Assembly: GCF_009914755.1 (NCBI RefSeq)
Contig: NC_060925.1
DNA from: the human T2T-CHM13v2.0 reference genome, Homo sapiens
Direction: 5' to 3' (one strand)
DNA: 64,000 nucleotides
This document shows, piece after piece, positions 1 to 15,000 of this stretch. The notes below the pieces were generated by a model, which was not told the DNA's origin, searched no databases, and saw only the letters and a program-made list of their open reading frames with translations. A program made the translations under genes and the position numbers. Every line of letters begins with the position of its first letter. The stretch's first letter is position 1.

Positions 1-3000
1 ATGGAATCGAATGGTATCATTGAATGGAATCGAATGGAATCATCATCAGATGGAAATGAATGGAATCGTCATAGAATGGAATCGAATGGATTCATTGAAT
101 GGAATCAGATGGAATCATCGAATGGACTGGAATGGAATCATTGAATGGACTCGAAAGGGATCATTATTGAATGGAATTGAATGGAATCATCGAATGGTCT
201 CGATTGGAATCATTATCAAATGGAATCGAATGGAATCACCGAATAGAATCGAATGGAACAATCATCGAATGGACTCAAATGGAATTATCCTCAAATAGAA
301 TCGAATGGAATTATCGAATGCAATCGAATGGAATTATCGAATGCAATCGAATAGAATCATCGAATGGACTCGAATGGAATCATCGAATGGAATGGAATGG
401 AACAGTCAATAAACTCGAATGGAATCATCATTGAATGGAATCGAATGGAATCATCGAGTGGAATCGAATGGAATTATGATCAAATGGAATCGCATGGAAT
501 CATCATCAAATGGAATCGAAAGGAATCATCATCAAATGGAATCTGATGGAATCATTGAACAGAATTGAATGGAATCGTCATCGAATGAATTGAATGCACT
601 CATCGAATGGTCTCGAATGGAATCATCTTCAAATGGAAAGGAATGGAATCATCGCATAAAATCGAATGGAATTAACATTGAATGGACTCGAATGGAATCA
701 ACATCAAACGGAATCAAGCCGAATTATCGAATGGAATCGAAGAGAATCATAGAATGGACTCGAATGGAATCATCTAATGGAATGGAATGGAATAATCCAC
801 GGACCCGAATGCAATCATCATCGAATGGAATCGAATGGAATCATCGAATGGACTCGAATGGAATAAACATTGAACGGAATCGAATGGAATCATCATCGGA
901 TGGAAACGAATGGAATCATCATCGAATGGAAATGAAAGGAATCATCATCTAATGGAATTGCATGGAATCATCATCAAATGGAATCGAATGGAATCAACAT
1001 CAAATGGAATCAAATGGAATCATTGAACGGAATTGAATGGAATCGTCATCGAATGAATTGAATGCAATCATCGAATGGTCTCGAATGGAATCATCTTCAA
1101 ATGGAATGGAAAGCAATCATCGCATAGAATCGAATGGAATTATCATCGAATGGAATCGAATCGTATCAACATCAAACGGAAAAAAACGGAATTATCGAAT
1201 GGAATCGAAGAGAATCTTCGAACGGACCCGAATGGAATCATCTAATGGAATGGAATGGAACAATCCATGGACTGGTAGGCAAACATCATTGAACGGAATC
1301 GAATGGAATCATCTTCGGATGGACATGACTGGAATCATCATCGAATGGAAATGAAAGGAGTCATCATCTAATGGAATTGCATGGAATCATCATAAAATGG
1401 AATCAAATGGAATCAACATCAAATGGAATCAAATGGAATCATTGAACGGAATTGAATGGAATCGTCATCGAATGAATTGAATGCAATCATCGAATGGTCT
1501 CGAATGGAATCATCTTCAAATGGAATGGAATGGAATCATCGCATAAAATCGAATGGAATTATCATCGAATGGAATCGAATGGAATCAACATCAAACGGAA
1601 AAAAACGGAATTATCGAATGGAATCGAATAGAATCATCGAATGGACCCGAATGGAATCATCTAATGGAATGGAATGGAATAATCCATGGACTCGAATGCA
1701 ATCATCATCGAATGGAATCGAATGGAATCATCCAATGGACTCGAATGGAATAATAATTGAACGGAATCGAATGGAATCATCATCGGATGGAAATGAATGG
1801 AATCATCATCGAATGGAATCGAATAGAATTATGGAATGAAATCCAGTGTGATCATCATCGAATGGACCCGAATTGAATCATCATCCAACGGATGCTAATG
1901 GAATCAACATCGAATGAATCAAATGGAAACACCATCGAATTGAAACGAATGGAATTACAATGAAATTGAAATGGATGGACTCATCATCGAATGGATTCGA
2001 ATGGAATCATCGAATAAAATTGATTGAAATCATCATCGAATGGAATCGAATGGTATCATTGAATGGAATCGAATGGAATCATCATCAGATGGAAATGAAT
2101 GGAATCGTCATAGAATGGAATCGAATGGATTCATTGAATGGAATCAGATGGAATCATCGAATGGACTGGAAAGGAATCATTGAATGGACTCGAAAGAGAT
2201 CATTATTGAATGGAATTGAATGGAATCATCGAATGGTCTCGATTGGAATCATTATCAAATGGAATCGAATGGAATCACCGAATAGAATCGAATGGAACAA
2301 TCATCGAAAGGACTCAAATTGAATTATCCTCAAATGGAATCGAATGGAATTATCGAATGCAATCGAATGGAAATATCGAATGCAATCGAATAGAATCATC
2401 GAATGGACTCGAATGGAATCATCGAATGGAATGGAATGGAACAGTCAATGAAGTCGAATGGAATCATCATTGAATGGAATCGAATGGAATCATCGAGTGG
2501 AATCGAATGGAATTATGATCAAATGGAATCGAATGTAATCATCATCAAATGGAATCAAAAATAACCATCATCAATTGATATTGAATGGTATTGTCATCAA
2601 ATGGAATTCAAAGGAAACATCATCAAATGGAACCGAATGGAATCCTCATTGAATGGAAATGAAAGGGGTCATCATCTAATGGAAACGCATGGAATCATCA
2701 TCAAATGGAATCGAATGGAATCATCATCAAATGGAATCTAATGGAATCATTGAACAGAATTGAATGGAATCGTCATCGAATGAATTGAATGCAATCATCG
2801 AATGGTCTCGAATGGAATCATCTTCTAATGGAAAGGAACGGAATCATCTCATAGAATCGAATGGAATTATCATCGAATGGAATCGAATGGTATCAACACC
2901 AAACGGAAAAAAACGGAATTATCGAATGGAATCGAAGAGAATCTTCGAACGGACCCGAATGGAATCATCTAATGGAATGGAATGGAATAATCCATGGACT

Positions 3001-6000
3001 CCAATGCAATCATCATCGAATGGAATCGAATGGAATCATCGAATGGACTCGAATGGAATAATAATTGAACGGAATCGAATGGAATCATCATCGCATGGAA
3101 ACGAATGGAATCATCATCGAATGGAAATGAAAGCAGTCATCATCTAATGGAATTGCATGGAATCATCATAAAATGGAATCGAATGGAATCAACATCAAAT
3201 GGAATCAAATGGAATCATTGAACGGAATTGAATGGAATCGTCATCGAATGAATTGAATGCAATCATCGAATGGTCTCGAATGGAATCATCTTCAAATGGA
3301 AGGGAATGGAATCATCGCATAGAATCGAATGGAATTATCATCGAATGGAATCGAATGGAATCAACATCAAACGGAAAAAAACGGAATTATCGAATGGAAT
3401 CGAAGAGAATCATCGAATGGACCCGAATGGAATCATCTAATGGTATGGAATGGAATAATCCATGGACTCGAATGCAATCATCATCGAATGGAATCGAATG
3501 GAATCATCGAATGGACTCGAATGGAATAATCATTGAACGGAATCGAATGGAATCATCATCGGATGGAAATGAAAGGAGTCATCATCTAATGGAATTGCAT
3601 GGAATCATCATAAAATGGAATCGAATGGAATCAACATCAAATGGAATCAAATGGAATCATTGAACGGAATTGAATGGAATCGTCATCGAATGAATTGAAT
3701 GCAATCATCGAATGGTCTCGAATGGAATCATCTTCAAATGGAATGGAATGGAATCATCGCATAGAATCGAATGGAATTATCATCGAATGGAATCGAATGG
3801 AATCAACATCAAACGGAAAAAAACGGAATTATCGAATGGAATCGAAGAGAATCATCGAATGGACCCGAATGGAATCATCTAATGGAATGGAATGGAATAA
3901 TCCATGGACTCGAAAGCAATCATCATCGAATGGAATCGAATGGAATCATCGAATGGACTCGAATGGAATAATCATTGAACGGAATCGAATGGAATCATCA
4001 TCGGATGGAAACGAATGGAATCATCATCGAATGGAAATGAAAGGAGTCATCATCTAATGGAATTGCATGGAATCATCATAAAATGGAATCGAATGGAATC
4101 AACATCAAATGGAATCAAATGGAATCATTGAACGGAATTGAATGGAATCGTCATCGAATGAATTGAATGCAATCATCGAATGGTCTCGAATGGAATCATC
4201 TTCAAATGGAATGGAATGGAATCATCGCATAGAATCGAATGGAATTATCATCGAATGGAATCGAATGGAATCAACATCAAACGGAAAAAAACGGAATTAT
4301 CGAATGGAATCGAAGAGAATCATCGAATGGACCCGAATGGAATCATCTAATGGAATGGAATGGAATAATCCATGGACTCGAATGGAATCATCATCGAATG
4401 GAATCGAATGGAATCATCGAATGGACTCGAATGGAATAATCATTGAACGGATTCGAATGGAATCGTCATCGGATGGAAATGAATGGAATCATCATCGAAT
4501 GGAATCGAATAGAATTATGGAATGAAATCCAGTGTGATCATCATCGAATGGACCCGAATGGAATCATCATCCAACGGAAGCTAATGGAATCAACATCGAA
4601 TGAATCGAATGGAAACACCATCGAATTGAAACGAATGGAATTACCATGAAATTGAAATGGATGGACTCATCATCGAATGGATTCGAATGGAATCATCGAA
4701 TAAAATTGATTGAAATCATCATCGAATGGTATCGAATGGTATCATTGAATGGAATCGAATGGAATCATCATCAGATGGAAATGAATGGAATCGTCATAGA
4801 ATGGAATCGAATGGATTCATTGAATGGAATCAGATGGAATCATCGAATGGACTGGAATGGAATCATTGAATGGACTCGAAAGGGATCATTATTGAATGGA
4901 ATTGAATGGAATCATCGAATGGTCTCGATTGGAATCATTATCAAATGGAATCGAATGGAATCACCGAATAGAATCGAATGGAACAATCATCGAATGGACT
5001 CAAATGGAATTATCCTCCAATGGAATCGAATGGAATTATCGAATGCAATCGAATGGAATTATCGAATGCAATCGAATAGAATCATCGAATGGACTCGAAT
5101 GGAATCATCGAATGGAATGGAATGGAACAGTCAATGAACTCGAATGGAATCATCATTGAATGGAATCGAATCGAATCATCGAGTGGAATCGAATGGAATT
5201 ATGATCAAATGGAATCGAATGTAATCATCATCAAATGGAATCAAAAATAAACATCATCAATTGGTATTGAATGGAATTGTCATCAAATGGAGTTCAAAGG
5301 AATCATCATCAAATGGAACTGAATGGAATCCTCATTGAATGGAAATGAAAGGGGTCATCATCTAATGGAATCGCATGGAATCATCATCAAATGGAATCGA
5401 ATGGAATCATCATCAAATGGAATCTGATGGAATCATTGAACAGAATTGAATGGAATCGTCATCGAATGAATTGAATGCAATCATCGAATGGTCTCGAATG
5501 TAATCACATTCTAATGGAAAGGAATGGAATCATCGCATAGAATCGAATGGAATTAACATTGAATGGACTCGAATGGAATCAACATCAAACGGAATCAAGC
5601 GGAATTATCGAATGGAATCGAAGAGAATCATCGAATGGTCTCGAATGGAATTATCTTCTAATGGAAAGGAATGGAATCATCGCATAGAATCGAATGGAAT
5701 TAACATTGAATGGACTCGAATGGAATCAACATCAAATGGAATCAAGCGGAATTATCCAATGAAATCGAAGAGAATCATCGAATGGACTCGAATGGAATCA
5801 TCTAATGGAATGGAATGGAATAATCCACGGACTCGAATGCAATCATCATCCTATAGAATCAAATGGAATCATCGAAAGGACTCGAATGGAATAACCATTG
5901 AACGGAATCGAATGGAATCATCATCGGATGGAAACGAATGGAATCATCATCGAATGGAAATGAAATGAGTCATCATCTAATGGAATTGCATGGAATCATC

Positions 6001-9000
6001 ATAAAATGGAATCGAATGGAATCATCATCAAATGGAATCAAATGGAATCATTGAACGGAATTCAATGGAATCGTCATCGAATGAATTGAATGCAATCATC
6101 GAATGGTCTCGAATGGAATCATCTTCAAATGGAATGGAATGGAATCATCGCATAGAATCGAATGGAATTATCATCGAATGGAATCGAATGGTATCAACAT
6201 CAAACGGAAAAAAACGGAATTATCGAATGGAATCAAAGAGAATCTTCGAACGGACCCGAATGGAATCATCTAATGGAATGGAATGGAATAATCCATGGAC
6301 TCGAATGCAATCATCATCGAATGGAATCGAATGGAATCATCGAATGGACTCGAATGGAATAATCATTGAACGGAATCGAATGGAATCATCATCGGATGGA
6401 AATGAATGGAATCATCATCGAATGGAATCGAATAGAATTATGGAATGAAATCCAGTGTGATCATCATCGAATGGACCCGAATGGAATCATCATCCAACGG
6501 AAGCTAATGGAATCAACATCGAATGAATCGAATGGAAACACCATCGAATTGAAACGAATGGAATTATCATGAAATTGAAATGGATGGACTCATCATCCAA
6601 TGGATTCGAAAGGAATCATCGAATAAAATTGATTGAAATCATCATCGAATGGAATCGAATGGTATCATTGAATGGAATCGAATGGAATCATCATCAGATG
6701 GAAATGAATGGAATCGTCATAGAATGGAATCGAATGGATTCATTGAATGGAATCAGATGGAATCATCGAATGGACTGGAATGGAATCATTGAATGGACTC
6801 GAAAGAGATCATGATTGAATGGAATTGAATGGAATCATCGAATGGTCTCGATTGGAATCATTATCAAATGGAATCGAATGGAATCACCGAATAGAATCGA
6901 ATGGAACAATCATCGAATGGACTCAAATGGAATTATCCTCAAATGGAATCGAATGGAATTATCGAATGCAATCGAATGGAATTATCGAATGCAATCGAAT
7001 AGAATCATCGAATGGACTCGAATGGAATCATCGAATGGAATGGAATGGAACAGTCAATGAACTCGAATGGAATCATCATTGAATGGAATCGAATGGAATC
7101 ATCGAGTGGAATCGAATGGAATTATGATCAAATGGAATCGAATATAATCATCATCAAATGGAATCAAAAATAACCATCATCAATTGGTATTGAATGGAAT
7201 TTTCATCAAATGGAATTCAAAGGAAACATCATCTAATGGAACCGAATGGAATCCTCATTGAATGGAAATGAAAGGGGTCCTCATCTAATGGAATTGCATG
7301 GAATCATCATCAAATGGAATCGAATGGAATCATCATCAAATGGAATCTAATGGAATCATTCAACAGAATTGAATGGAATCGTCATCGAATGAATTGAATG
7401 CAATCATCGAATGGTCTCGAATGGAACCATCTTCTAATGGAAAGGAATGGAATCATCGCATAGAATCGAATGGAATTGTCATCGAATGGAATCGAATGGT
7501 ATCAACACCAAACGGAAAAAAACGGAATTATCGAATGGAATCGAAGAGAATCTTCGAACGGACCCGAATGGAATCATCTAATGGAATGGAATGGAATAAT
7601 CCATGGACTCGAATGCAATCATCATCGAATGGAATCGAATGGAATCATCGAATGGACTCGAATGGAATAATCATTGAACGGAATCGAATGGAATCATCAT
7701 CGGATGGAAACGAATGGAATCATTATCGGATGGGAATGAAAGGAGTCATCATCTAATGGAATTGCATGGAATCATCATAAAATGGAATCGAATGGAATCA
7801 ACATCAAATGGAATCAAATGGAATCATTGAACGGAATTGAATGGAATCGTCATCGAATGAATTGAATGCAATCATCGAATGGTCTCGAATGGAATCATCT
7901 TCAAATGGAATGGAATGGAATCATCGCATAGAATCGAATGGAATTATCATCGAATGGAATCGAATGGAATCAACATCAAACGGAAAAAAACGGAATTATC
8001 GAATGGAATCGAAGAGAATCATCGAATGGACCCGAATGGAATCATCTAATGGAATGGAATGGAATAATCCATGGACTCGAATGCAATCATCATCGAATGG
8101 AATCGAATGGAATCATCGAATAGACTCGAATGGAATAATCATTGAACGGAATCGAATGGAATCATCATCGGATGGAAACGAATGGAATCATCATTGAATG
8201 GAATCGAATAGAATTATGGAATGAAATCCAGTGTGATCATCATCGAATGGACCCGAATGGAATCATCATCCAACGGAAGCTAATGGAATCAACGTCGAAT
8301 GAATCGAATGGAAACACCATCGAATTGAAACGAATGGAATTACCATGAAATTGAAATGGATGGACTCATCATCAAATGGATTCGAATGGAATCATCGAAT
8401 AAAATTGATTGAAATCATCATCGAATGGAATCGAATGGTATCATTGAATGGAATCGAATGGAATCATCATCAGATGGAAATGAATGGAATCGTCATAGAA
8501 TAGAATCGAATGGATTCATTGAATGGAATCAGATGGAATCATTGAATGGACTGGAATGGAATCATTGAATGGACTCGAAAGGGATCATTATTGAATGGAA
8601 TTGAATGGAATCATCGAATGGTCTCGATTGGAATCATTATCAAATGGAATCGAATGGAATCACCGAATAGAATCGAATGGAACAATCATCGAATGGACTC
8701 AAATGGAATTATCCTCCAATGGAATCGAATGGAATTATCGAATGCAATCGAATGGAATTATCGAATGCAATCGAATAGAATCATCGAATGGACTCGAATG
8801 GAATCATCGAATGGAATGGAATGGAACAGTCAATGAACTCGAATGGAATCATCATTGAATGGAATCGAATGGAATCATCGAGTGCAATCGAAAGGAATTA
8901 TGACAAAATGGAATCGAATGGAATCATCATCAAATGGAATCAAAAATAACCATCATCAATTGGTATTGAATGGAATTGTCATCAAATGGAATTCAAAGGA

Positions 9001-12000
9001 ATCATCATCAAATGGAACCGAATGGAATCCTCATTGATTGGAAATGAAAGGGGTCATCATCTAATGGAATCGCATGGAATCATCATGAAATGGAATAGAA
9101 TGGAATCATCATCAAATGGAATCTAATGGAATCATTGAACAGAATTGAATGGAATCGTCATCGAATGAATTGAATGCAATCATCGAATGGTCTCGAATGG
9201 AATCATCTTCTAATGGAAAGGAATGGAATCATCGCATAGAATCGAATGGAATTATCATCGAATGGAATCGAATGGTATCAACACCAAACGGAAAAAAACG
9301 GAATTATCGAATGGAATCGAAGAGAATCTTCGAACGGACCCGAAAGGAATCATCTAATGGAATGGAATGGAATAATCCATGGACTCGAATGCAATCATCA
9401 TCGAATGGAATCGAATGGAATCATCGAATGGACTCGAATGGAATAATCATTGAACGGAATCGAATGGAATCATCATCGGATGGAAACGAATGGAATCATC
9501 ATCGAATGGAAATGAAAGGAGTCATCATCTAATGGAATTGCATGGAATCATCATCAAATGGAATCGAATGGAATCAACATCAAATGGAATCAAATGGAAT
9601 CATTGAACGGAATTGAATGGAATCGTCATCGAATGAATTGAATGCAATCATCGAATGGTCTCGAATGGAATCATCTTCAAATGGAATGGAATGGAATCAT
9701 CGCATAGAATCGAATGGAATTATCATCGAATGCAATCGAATGGAATCAACATCAAACGGAAAAAAACGGAATTATCGAATGGAATCGAAGAGAATCATCG
9801 AATGGACCCGAATGGAATCATCTAATGGAATGGAATGGAATAATCCATGGACTCGAATGCAATCATCATCGAATGGAATCGAATGGAATCATCGAATGGA
9901 CTCGAATGGAATAATCATTGAACGGAATCGAATGGAATCATCATCGGAATGAAATGTAAGGAGTCATCATCTAATGGAATTGCATGGAATCATCATAAAG
10001 TGGAATCGAATGGAATCAACATCAAATGGAATCAAATGGAATCATTGAACGGAATTGAATGGAATCGTCATCGAATGAATTGAATGCAAACATCGAATGG
10101 TCTCGAATGGAATCATCTTCAAATGGAATGGAATGGAATCATCGCATAGAATCGAATGGAATTATCATCGAATGGAATCGAATGGAATCAACATCAAACG
10201 GAAAAAAACGGAATTATCGAATGGAATCGAAGAGAATCATCGAATGGACCCGAATGGAATCATCTAATGGAATGGAATGGAATAATCCATGGACTCGAAT
10301 GCAATCATCATCGAATGGAATCGAATGGAATCATCGAATGGACACGAATGGAATAATCATTGAACGGAATCGAATGGAATCATCATCGGATGGAAATGAA
10401 TGGAATCATCATCGAATGGAATCGAATAGAATTATGGAATGAAATCCAGTGTGATCATCATCGAATGGACCCGAATGGAATCATCATCCAACGGAAGCTA
10501 ATGGAATCAACATCGAATGAATCAAATGGAAACACCATCGAATTGAAACGAATGGAATTACCATGAAATTGAAATGGATGGACTCATCATCGAATGGATT
10601 CGAATGGAATCATCGAATAAGATTGATTGAAATCATCATCGAATGGAATCGAATGGTATCATTGAATGGAATCGAATGGAATCATCATCAGATGGAAATG
10701 AATGGAATCGTCATAGAATGGAATCGAATGGATTCATTGAATGGAATCAGATGGAATCATCGAATGGACTAGAATGGAATCATTGAATGGACTCGAAAGG
10801 GATCATGATTGAATGGAATTGAATGGAATCATCGAATGGTCTCGATTGGAATCATTATCAAATGGAATCGAATGGAATCACCGAATAGAATCGAATGGAA
10901 CAATCATCGAATGGACTCAAATGGAATTATCCTCAAATGGAATTGAATGGAATTATCGAATGCAATCGAATGGAATTATCGAATGCAATCGAATAGAATC
11001 ATCGAATGGACTCGAATGGAATCATCGAATGGAATGGAATGGAACAGTCAATGAACTCGAATGGAATCATCATTGAATGGAATCGAATGGAATCATCGAG
11101 TGGAATCGAATGTAATCATCATCAAATGGAATCAAAAATAACCATCATCAAATGGAATCAAAAATAACCATCATCAATTGGTATTGAATGGAATTCTCAT
11201 CAAATGGAATTCAAAGGAATCATCATCAAATGGAACCGAATGGAATCCTCATTGAATGGAAATGAAAGGGGTCATCATCTAATGGAATCGCATGGAATCA
11301 TCATAAAATGGAATCGAATGGAATCAACATCAAATGGAATCAAATGGAATCATTGAACGGAATTGAATGGAATCGTCATCGAATGAATTGAATGCAATCA
11401 TCGAATGGTCTCGAATGGAATCATCTTCAAATGGAATGGAATGGAATCATCGCATAGAATCGAATGGAATTATCATCGAATGGAATCGAATGGAATCAAC
11501 ACCAAACGGAAAAAAACGGAATTATCGAATGGAATCGAAGAGAATCATCGAATGGACCCGAATGGAATCATCTAATGGAATGGAATGGAATAATCCATGG
11601 ACTCGAATGCAATCATCATCGAATGGAATCGAATGGAATCATCGAATGGACTCGAATGGAATAATCATTGAACAGAATCGAATGGAATCATCATCGGATG
11701 GAAACGAATGGAATCATCATCGAATGGAATCGAATAGAATTATGGAATGAAATCCAGTATGATCATCATCGAATGGACCCGAATGGAATCATCATCCAAC
11801 GGAAGCTAATGGAATCAACATCGAATGAATCGAATGGAAACACCATCGAATTGAAACGAATGGAATTACCATGAAATTGAAATGGATGGACTCATCATCA
11901 AATGGATTCGAATGGAATCATCGAATAAAATTAATTGAAATCATCATCGAATGGAATCGAATGGTATCATTGAATGGAATCGAATGGAATCATCATCAGA

Positions 12001-15000
12001 TGGAAATGAATGGAATCGTCATAGAATGGAATCGAATGGATTCATTGAATGGAATCAGATGGAATCATTGAATGGACTGGAATGGAATCATTGAATGGAC
12101 TCGAAAGGGATCATTATTGAATGGAATTGAATGGAATCATTGAATGGTCTCGATTGGAATCATTATCAAATGGAATCGAATGGAATCACCGAATAGAATC
12201 GAATGGAACAATCATCGAATGGACTCAAATGAAATTATCCTCCAATGGAATCGAATGGAATTATCGAATGCAATCGAATGGAATTATCGAATGCAATCGA
12301 ATAGAATCATCGAATGGACTCGAATGGAATCATCGAATGGAATGGAATGGAACAGTCAATGAACTCGAATGGAATCATTATTGAATGGAATCGAATGGAA
12401 TCATCGAGTGGAATCGAATGGAATTATGATCAAATGGAATCGAATGTAATCATCATCAAATGGAATCAAAAATAACCATCATCAATTGGTATTGAATGGA
12501 ATTGTCATCAAATGGAATTTAAGGGAATCATCATCAAATGGAACCGAATGGAATCCTCATTGAATGGAAATGAAAGTGGTCATCATCTAATGGAATCGCA
12601 TGGAATCATCATCAAATGGAATCGAATGGAATCATCATCAAATGGAATCTAATGGAATCATTGAAAGAATTGAATGGAATCATCATCGAATGAATTGAAT
12701 GCAATCATCGAATGGTCTCGAATGGAATCATCTTCTAATGGAAAGGAATGGAATCATCGCATAGAATCGAATGGAATTATCATCGAATGGAATCGAATGG
12801 TATCAACACCAAACGGAAAAAAACGGAATTATAGAATGGAATCGAAGAGAATCATCGAATGCACCCGAATGGAATCATCTAATGGAATGGAATGGAATAA
12901 TCCATGGACTCGAATGCAATCATCATCGAATGGAATCGAATGGAATCATCGAATGGACTCGAATGGAATAATCATTGAACGGAATCGAATGGAATCATCA
13001 TCGGATGGAAACGAATGGAATCATCATCGAATGGAATCGAATAGAATTATGGAATGAAATCCAGTGTGATCATCATCGAATGGACCCGAATGGAATCATC
13101 ATCCAACGTAAGCTAATGGAATCAACATCGAATGAATCGAATGGAAACACCATCGAATTGAAACGAATGGAATTACCATGAAATTGAAATGGATGGACTC
13201 ATCATCGAATGGATTCGAATGGAATCATCGAATAAAATTGATTGAAATCATCATCGAATGGTATCGAATGGTATCATTGAATGGAATCGAATGGAATCAT
13301 CCTCAGATGGAAATGAATGGAATCGTCATAGAATGGAATCGAATGGATTCATTGAATGGAATCAGATGGAATCATCGAATGGACTGGAATGGAATCATTG
13401 AATGGACTCGAAAGGGATCATTATTGAATGGAATTGAATGGAATCATCGAATGGTCCCGATTGGAATCATTATCAAATGGAATCGAATGGAATCACCGAA
13501 TAGAATCGAATGGAACAATCATCGAATGGACTCAAATGGAATTATCCTCAAATGGAATCGAATGGAATTATCGAATGCAATCGAATGGAATTATCGAATG
13601 CAATCGAATAGAATCATCGAATGGACTCGAATGGAATCATCGAATGGAATGGAATGGAACAGTCAATGAACTCGAATGGAATCATCATTGAATGGAATCG
13701 AATGGAATCATCGAGTGGAATCGAATGGAATTATGATCAAATGGAATCGAATGTAATCATCATCAAATGGAATCAAAAATAACCATCATCAATTGGTATT
13801 GAATGGAATTCTCATCAAATGGAATTCAAAGGAATCATCATCAAATGGAACTGAATGGAATCCTCATTGAATGGAAATGAAAGGGGTCATCATCTAATGG
13901 AATCGCATGGAATCATCATCAAATGGAATCGAATGGAATCATCATCAAATGGAATCTGATGGAATCATTGGACAGAATTGAATGGAATCGTCATCGAATG
14001 AATTGAATTCTATCATCGAATGGTCTCGAATGTAATCACATTCTAATGGAAAGGAATGGAATCATCGCATAGAATCGAATGGCATTAACATTGAATGGAC
14101 TCGAATGGAATCAACATCAAACGCAATCAAGCGGAATTATCGAATGGAATCGAAGAGAATCATCGAATGGTCTCGAATGGAATCATCTTCTAATGGAAAG
14201 GAATGGAATCATCTCATAGAATCGAATGGAATTAACATTGAATGGACTCGAATGGAATCAACATCAAATGCAATCAAGCGGAATTGTCGAATGAAATCGA
14301 AGAGAATCATCGAATGGACTCGAATGGAATCATCTAATGGAATGGAATGGAATAATCCACGGACTCGAATGCAATCATCATCGTATAGAATCGAATGGAA
14401 TCATCGAAAGGACTCGAATGGAATAACCATTGAACGGAATCGAATGGAATCATCATCGGATGGAAACGAATGGAATCATCATCGAATGGAAATGAAAGGA
14501 GTCATCATCTAATGGAATTGCATGGAATCATCATCAAATGGAATCGAATGGAATCATCATCAAATGGAATCAAATGGAATCATTGAACGGAATTGAATGG
14601 AATCGTCATCGAATGAATTGAATGCAATCATCGAATGGTCTCGAATGGAATCATCTTCAAATGGAATGGAATGGAATCATCGCATAGAATCGAATGGAAT
14701 TATCATCGAATGGAATCGAATGGTATCAACATCAAACGGAGAAAAACGGAATTATCGAATGGAATCGAAGAGAATCTTCGAACGGACCCGAATGGAATCA
14801 TCTAATGGAATGGAATGGAATAATCCATGGACTCGAATGCAATCATCATCGAATGGAATCGAATGGAATCATTGAATGGACTCGAATGGAATAATCATTG
14901 AACGGAATCGAATGGAATCATCATCGGATGGAAATGAATGGAATCATCATCGAATGGAATCGAATAGAATTATGGAATGAAATCCAGTGTGATCATCATC

